NCBI RefSeq assembly: GCF_006345805.1
Contig: NC_043009.1
Location: 24,490,001 to 24,554,000, forward strand
Origin: Octopus sinensis
Lineage: Eukaryota
Reading direction: 5' to 3'
DNA: 64,000 nt
In this document: in pieces, positions 56,991-64,000 of the stretch
Position numbering within the stretch: position 1 is the first letter of the stretch
Layout: the number at the start of each line of letters is the position of its first letter
Position numbers and translations under genes: made by a program
Notes under the pieces: model-generated
Databases searched by the model: none
Seen by the model: only the letters and a program-made list of their open reading frames with translations
What the model was told of the DNA's origin: nothing

Positions 56991-57835
56991 GAGAGTGAAG
57001 GCTTTATGTTGGCTGCCCAAGTTCAGAGCCTATTGACCCGGAACTATCAAGACAATGTGATGAAAAATGGTGTAGCCCCAAAGTGCCGATACTGCTACGA
57101 TGGGATTGAAACAGTGGACTGCCTAATCTCTGGCTGTAAAGTTTTAGCACCTGTAGAGTACAACTCAAAACACGACAGAGTTGGCCAATATCTACATTGG
57201 ATAATGTGACGGCATTATAAAATCAAAACTGCTGGCAAATGGTACAAGTAATAGAGGGGACTTCCCAGTATGTACAGGACAGACCATCAAAGCAAATAAA
57301 CTAGATATTGTTACGAAAGATCAAAACGATAAAGTCTGGTTATTGATTGACATGAGCATACCCTGTGACTATGATATCTCGGCAAAAGAATTTGATAAGC
57401 TCAGAAAATATAAAATATAATCGGAATCTAAAAGATGTGGCATCTCAATACGTTCACTGTACCACTGATTTTAGGAGCACTTGGAATGATCAAAAAAAGG
57501 AACTGAAAATGATTTAAGAATGATCCCTGATTTACCATCCATACAGGAAGTGCAAAGACTGTCTTAATTGGTATGTCACACGTATTGAAAAGAGAATAGT
57601 CGCTGTGAATTTTTGTCCCTTTTTTCCTCTTTATTTTCTTTGTTTACTTTTTAATTTTTTATTGTTTCCGTTTTCTCTATGTCTTTCTTCCTATTTTTCT
57701 CCATCACATGACTTTGTAAATGAACAATCTCGTGTGTCTGTCTTAATGACATATTAATGTATACAGTACGCGTTTCTGTGCCCTAGGTTTTAGGAAGACA
57801 CTCGGCAAGAAATGGATACAGAATTGAAAGAAGAT
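56991..57835 (+). mobile_element. Older, diverged R4/Dong subfamily fragment, copy D
   Basis: ESEGFMLAAQVQSLLTRNY..CRYC..HDRVGQYLHW; different 3' UTR middle but conserved GGAAGACACTCGGCAAGAAATGGA end; followed by (TAA)n. Confidence 0.88.
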
Positions 57836-57842
57836 ACTAATG

Positions 57843-57911
<69 letters not shown>

Positions 57912-59258
57912 TAATAATAATAAGGAGAAGGAGGAGGAGAAGAAGAAGAAGAAGAAGAAGAAGAAGAAGAAGAAAGAAGAAGAAGAAGAAGAAGAAGAAT
58001 TTCTTGAAGTCACACAAGGGGAATAGGAAATATTATATTATAGAGCATTAATTATTTGGTCACAGTAGAAAGGCATACCTATAGAGCTTAGCAAGGGATT
58101 GCAGGGTATAGCTTTAATCTACCACGGGTAAGAGTAAACTTTTGCCGCTGTTTTCATAGCTACAGTATCGTATTGACGGGGAGCTTATTCATCGGGATCT
58201 TTCATAAACCGTTGTCGCTAACTTCCAACAAAACTGCGTAAAAGCAGCGAACCCTTCTGCACCCTACATTTTTTTATTTTTACCATGTGGAAACTGGAGA
58301 AAGCTATCTGCGTTTTGCTAGTGATGAAAATCAGGCCTCAGTCCTTACAATCTATCCATCATACAATCGCTTTTGTCGTATCTTCTATAGATTCAAACAG
58401 TGTCTGCATTCTCTACTAAAAAGAAAATAACCCGGACAACCATCCTTAGAATGGACATGCTGACAACTGGATCTATACTTGATATTTGACACAAGCATTC
58501 AATAATGAGACACTGAACAGAGGCGTGGAGACTTTGCGCTCGTGTTAGCTCCTCCAGTGTAGTGTTGTGACCGCATTATTTACCTCTACCAATTTTCCTT
58601 CTAGCACTAGAGAGCCAGAAGTTATAAAATTTTCTGTATGTGGTCTCCGGGATGAAAGTTAAGCTGAACTCACAACTAAGATGATATGGTTTCCGATTCT
58701 TAGCTTCTCTGCAATAAACATTTGCAAGAATGCTTCCAAACGTATGCCCACTGGAAGACAACTGTGAACCCCGCACAACATTCCATATACAACATGTGAA
58801 ATTTTGACCTTCGCCTTGTTTGCAAAGGTTCGGTGCGCCGGGGTGGGGAAATGTCAGACAAATGGCAATAACAGATGCTCAACGTCAGACCCAGTACATT
58901 TCTTCACATCATTACTCACAGTAAACCGAGGTTCCCATAAATAGTTTATTGTTGGCAAATTGGTGTCCTGAGCAATGGAAGTTTTCTTTAGTTTGAAAGG
59001 CTAAAAGACAGATACTCCGTATATATATATATGAACCTACATTACCAGAAATGGCTCTGTTGAAAGTAGCGTTAATATTATGGGGTCGTTCAGTTTTCTT
59101 TAGTTGATCAAAAGAGCAATTGAGTAAAAATTATCTGCAATGTACCTATAATGACCACTGGAAAGAGCACTAAGCCAAATTTACTCCAATAAAGGAAAAA
59201 TATGAATGACGTTATTTTAAACTACACACTCACACACACACACATACACAGCACACAC

Positions 59259-59530
<272 letters not shown>

Positions 59531-59590
59531 AGATATGTTTATCTGTGTATCTATTTACATGCACACATACAAACACCCTCACACACACAC

Positions 59591-59627
<37 letters not shown>

Positions 59628-60329
59628 CTATATATATATATTATATATATATATATGTATGTTGTACGTACAGAAGTGTGTGTAAAAGCAATCATACAAA
59701 CATACACTTAGCGTAAATGTGCCAGGCCTTACATGCCTCTTCTATGCAAGAATTATATGTAAGATATTCCATTCTAATAAGATTAAATTAATGCACTTGT
59801 AATAAAAGTTTAACAAAATATCAAAACATTTTCTATTTGGTATCTTCTGATTTAAATCGTTTAACACTATTCAATACTACTTGAATTTACGGATACACAT
59901 CTACGTAATCGATAATATTTCATACTCTAACAATTATTCTTTAATTATTTTATTACTTTTCACACATTCAACTTGATATATAATCGATTTACACCTCTTT
60001 AACAATCACAATTTAATGTTCGAAATAGACTTTTACTGCTGGTGGTCTCGAAGCTGTAGTCGTAACATAATGCTGAACGTAAACAGTTTAACGTTCGGCT
60101 GTGCACACATACACACACATATACACCCAAACAAACAACCAAACACACGTAAGCAGTCACACAAAAACAGGTGCACAAAATCTCACACACATACACCCAC
60201 CAACACACACACATGCACACATATATACCCACACACACATACACATATATGTATGTATGTATATATGTATATATATGCACAGAGGGAGAACTGATAGATG
60301 GATATATATTTATTAATATATATACAAGT

Positions 60330-60470
60330 CAGGGTCGAGATTGCCTTTCATACTTTCGAGGTGGATTAAATAAGTAGCAGTTACGCACTTGGGTCGATGT
60401 ACTCGACTTAATCCCTTTGTCTGTCCCTGTTTGTTCCCCCTGTGTTTAGCCCCCTGTGGGCAATAGAGAA
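60330..60470 (+). mobile_element. 5'-truncated SINE family B with the LINE-like tail variant
   Basis: Core plus tail TTTGTTCCCCCTGTGTTTAGCCCCCTGTGGGCAATAGAGAA, as at 35161-35210. Confidence 0.75.
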
Positions 60471-60621
60471 CTATATATACAAGGCACGGCATAAATAACA
60501 GTCGTTACACATTTCTTCATTCTAGGAAGTTTGACATGCAGCTATGTCCAGTAGTCCTTATAGCTTTGTTATTGAAGGACCGAGACAATTAATGCTACTT
60601 TCGTTAGTGTCAAACCAGCAA

Positions 60622-60739
60622 TGACTCTGACGAAAGTAGCATTAATTCTCAAGCGATCAGCTTCTCTCAATCAATGGTTCGACTGAGTAAAACAATAAAT
60701 ATCGAACCTATAATAACAACTGGAAACAGCTGTCAGTCA
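60622..60739 (+). ncRNA. Type I hammerhead-like motif with long helix II insertion
   Basis: P1 TGACT/AGTCA; CTGACGA; GAAAC-AGCT-GTC; base of P2 imperfect. Confidence 0.65.
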
Positions 60740-61032
60740 AATATACTGCAATAAAGAAACATGTAAGGAGATTATTTATGCCTTGTCTTGTATACCACTG
60801 TGTAAAAATTATGCAGTACAACTAGAATATCACCAGGGATTTACAATACAGAGTAGTGATCAGCTTTAACTTCGTACCCTGCGACAAGAAGACGCGGAGT
60901 TCTTTACTAATCCAAATAACGTTATTAACCAGGTGTATTAAGAGAGCGCTTATAAAGTATTTTGCTTGGACCGATGAATCCTCACTATATACATATAAAT
61001 ATAATATATATAATATAAACAGATATATCTTA

Positions 61033-61079
<47 letters not shown>

Positions 61080-61081
61080 TA

Positions 61082-61555
61082 TGTGGCCACAGGACGTCAT
61101 GAAACATGTTCCTCTCCCTCACTCCTCCCCCTTGCTCACGTAGCTCCCACGTGACCCTCGGCCATCTTTCTTTCTCTCTCTCCATTGTAGTTGGAATAAA
61201 GAAAACGTGTTCTTGTTTGTCTCTTGTCCTAGCTTGATTTACGCGTTCGCCACCACAACCTCGTTTAGTCTTCGCAGCCCTCCTGTTTGTTTTTACTTTT
61301 TTGTTTGTGTTATCTATTTTGACCCTCCGCAAAATCCTAGGCTTTATTTAATTTGCTTCGAAAGTGTATATTGTTGTTAAATGCACGAAATACGAGATTA
61401 GAAAAACAGTCTACAACTGATGAAGGGCCATTCTTTATGATGTTTGTTTTGTCTTCCATTTGTGCCTTTCGTTGTTCGAAAGAATAATTCATGCTCCAAG
61501 TACTCATACTTTGTACTTTATCGTTGTACAAGTTTCATGACGTCCTGAGACCACA
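61082..61555. mobile_element. Non-autonomous TIR element, 24-bp TIRs, TA flanks
   Basis: TGTGGCCACAGGACGTCATGAAAC / GTTTCATGACGTCCTGAGACCACA, 2 mismatches. Confidence 0.75.
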
Positions 61556-61606
61556 TATTTCTATTATTATATGATTGAATGCCATGCAACCTCTTCCAAG
61601 TAAGTT

Positions 61607-61660
<54 letters not shown>

Positions 61661-61734
61661 CTCTCTCTCTCTCTTCTCTCCTCTATCTATATATATATAT
61701 ATAGTATATATATATATATATATATTTATTTATA

Positions 61735-61777
<43 letters not shown>

Positions 61778-62305
61778 TATATATATACATATATATATAT
61801 AATCTGTCTATCTGGCTCTCCGTTTGTCTATCTACCTATCTGTCTATCTATCTATCTCTCTATCTATCTATCTACTATCTATTATCTATCTATCTATTCT
61901 ATCTATCTATCTATCTATCATCTATCTATCCTCTATATATTATATATATATAATATATATATATATAAGAGAGAGAGAGAGATGAGAGGGGAGAGAGAAG
62001 ATGTGGACAGTTTTTGCCCAATGGTTCAGAGCACCGCGACGCGTAATCACGGATCTGTGAGTTCGAGTCTCATAGCCGGCACCAACATTTTTTCTGCAGG
62101 ATAGGGGTAGCTTAACCTGTTCAGGCTATATTATTAGCATTATATTGCGTTTGAGAATTTAAAATCACTTCTTTAACTTTCTAAGACATATCAACGATTC
62201 CAAAGCAAACTTCGTTTCTTTCATCGTAATTTGAATTTATATATATATATATATACTTATATATATATACTTATATATATATATATACATATATATTATA
62301 TATAT

Positions 62306-62348
<43 letters not shown>

Positions 62349-62377
62349 GTGTGTGTGTGTGTGTTGTGTGTGTGTGT

Positions 62378-62826
62378 TACAGAATCTAATTGTGTGAAGG
62401 TGAAACAATGCGAGAAGGTATAAAGTAAACTAGAAAATGAAAGTAAAACAGTAAGAAGTCGTAGTTTTACCTCCTATTTCTATATTTCGGTGTGAAGACT
62501 CCTTCTTTGGGACATTTGGAAAAAGCTCAAGTGAGATTTGTAGGGGGGAGAAAGGTGGAAGGTGACATGCGTGGATACTTGTTGCTATAGCATCCAATTT
62601 GCTTCGTCTAGTTCTTTCCTGTGGTTAATGGCTGACTTCAGTTTGTTTCTAATAGATGTTTCCATAATTCTGTGGTGCTGGTTTCCTTAACGAAAACTTT
62701 GAAATTCCGGATTTGGCATATCCTAAGGTATTTCTTTAATGAAGGGCTTGAATGCATATGCTTCTTTATACTGATGTATAGTTTGCTAGAGGTACTCATT
62801 GAGTAGGATGATCCACATTTATTGTA
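62378..62826 (-). mobile_element. Degraded PLE 3' end (GIY-YIG remnant + decayed pLTR)
   Basis: NKCGSSYSMSTSSKLYISIKKH..YLRIC resembles the CxxC..YIG.T...L..R..EH motif; decayed AAGAAGGA..CCGAAATATAG near 62470-62505. Confidence 0.55.
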
Positions 62827-62912
62827 TATATGTGTATATATATACACAATATACACACAATATATATATATATAAATCTCTCTCTCTCTCCTCTCTCTCT
62901 CTATATATATAT

Positions 62913-62978
<66 letters not shown>

Positions 62979-63004
62979 TAGATGTATATATGCATACATA
63001 CAAC

Positions 63005-63360
63005 GTAAGGCCATGATTCTAGGTTCAGACACTTTTGCAAGTGTCTTCTATTATAATAACCTTGGGGTCAATGAAAACCTTGTGAGAGGATTTCGAAAAG
63101 TTAAACTGAAAGAAGCTCGTCGTATATATAATATATATATATATGTGTGTGTAGTGTGTTGAGTTCTGTGTCTGTTTGTCCTCCACCACTGCTTGGCAAA
63201 CGGTGCTGTGCGTTTACGTCCCCGTAACTTAACGGTTCAGCGAAAGACGTCGATAGGATAAGTACCATGTTTAAAACAAAAAGAAAAATACTGGCGTTGA
63301 CGTGTTCCAAGGGGTGATGCTGTATGGCCTCAGTCAAATGAAGGAAACAAGTAATTCATA
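63005..63360 (+). mobile_element. SINE family A, diverged
   Basis: CAAGTGTCTTCTA..CCTTGTGAG..AAACTGAAAGAAG..TTTACGTCCCCGTAACTTA. Confidence 0.8.
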
Positions 63361-63391
63361 AAAGAAATGATAAATAAATAACTATATATAT

Positions 63392-63625
63392 TATTATGCT
63401 CCCTTTAAAGCCTAGCCAGGCTCATGGGCCCGGTTTCCCGGTTTCAATGGCGTATGCATTCCCCAGCTGGACGGGGCGCCAGTCCATCGCAGCGTTACTC
63501 ATTTTTGCCAGCTGAGTAGACTGGAGCAAGTGAAATGAAGTGTTTTGCTCAAGAACACAACGCGTCGCCGTGTCCAAGAATCGAGACAACAATCTTATGA
63601 TCATGAGCCACGTGACTCCACAACC
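63392..63625 (-). mobile_element. Third tRNA-derived SINE family (V-domain-like body)
   Basis: Minus strand tRNA-like head (CTCATGA..TCGATTC), GCGATGGACTGGCG.CCCGTCCAG, GAAACCGGG, TAA tail. Confidence 0.65.
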
Positions 63626-63751
63626 ATATATATATATGCGGTACTCCAGCACGGCCGCAGTCAAATGACTGAAACAAATGAAAGTATATATATATATACC
63701 CATAAACAACTACACACTCGCATAGACGCGCGCGCACACACACACACATGA

Positions 63752-63792
<41 letters not shown>

Positions 63793-64000
63793 TGACGTTG
63801 GAAAATTAATCACATAATAAAATTTAATTGCCCGCAGCTGTTTCTCGTATGAGAAAAATTGCTCTACGAGATGAGACTTTCCGAGAAATCCTATTACTTC
63901 ATCGAAGCCATTATAAAAGATTTGTATACTGAAGAACAGAAAGTATTTAGATACATAAGAAACAGAAATAATTACATTCAAAACCATGAATATAGATAAT

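Noticed and set aside
62012-62082. tRNA-like sequence
   Set aside because: Degenerate SINE head; stems mismatched.

Overview
AT-rich, microsatellite-dense animal genomic DNA with no long intact host ORF. The tRNA-derived SINE families and repeat landscape suggest an octopus or other coleoid cephalopod (inference). Almost all long ORFs in the track are microsatellite artefacts. Real coding remnants are all transposons: a disrupted Tx1/L1-type LINE (1-5316, minus) abutting (GATA)n; four R4/Dong-type RLE retroelement pieces in (TAA)n; a Penelope-like element (RT + GIY-YIG, 50128-52679) with further PLE debris; RTE 3' ends; a DD41D Tc1/mariner remnant; non-autonomous Helitrons/Helentrons; and many SINEs. 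Two phase-compatible exon candidates (38111-38198, 42962-42995) may be the end of a plus-strand host gene. The most notable unannotated signal is RNA structure: about ten type I hammerhead-like motifs from several unrelated repeat families, most with a palindromic helix III that differs between families (best copies 45052-45137, 16560-16667, 60622-60739); a candidate P3-type twister-like fold at the start of an RTE-like leader; three long fold-back palindromes; and a SINE tail resembling a putative Tx1 3' end. All structures were read by eye; none was computed or tested.
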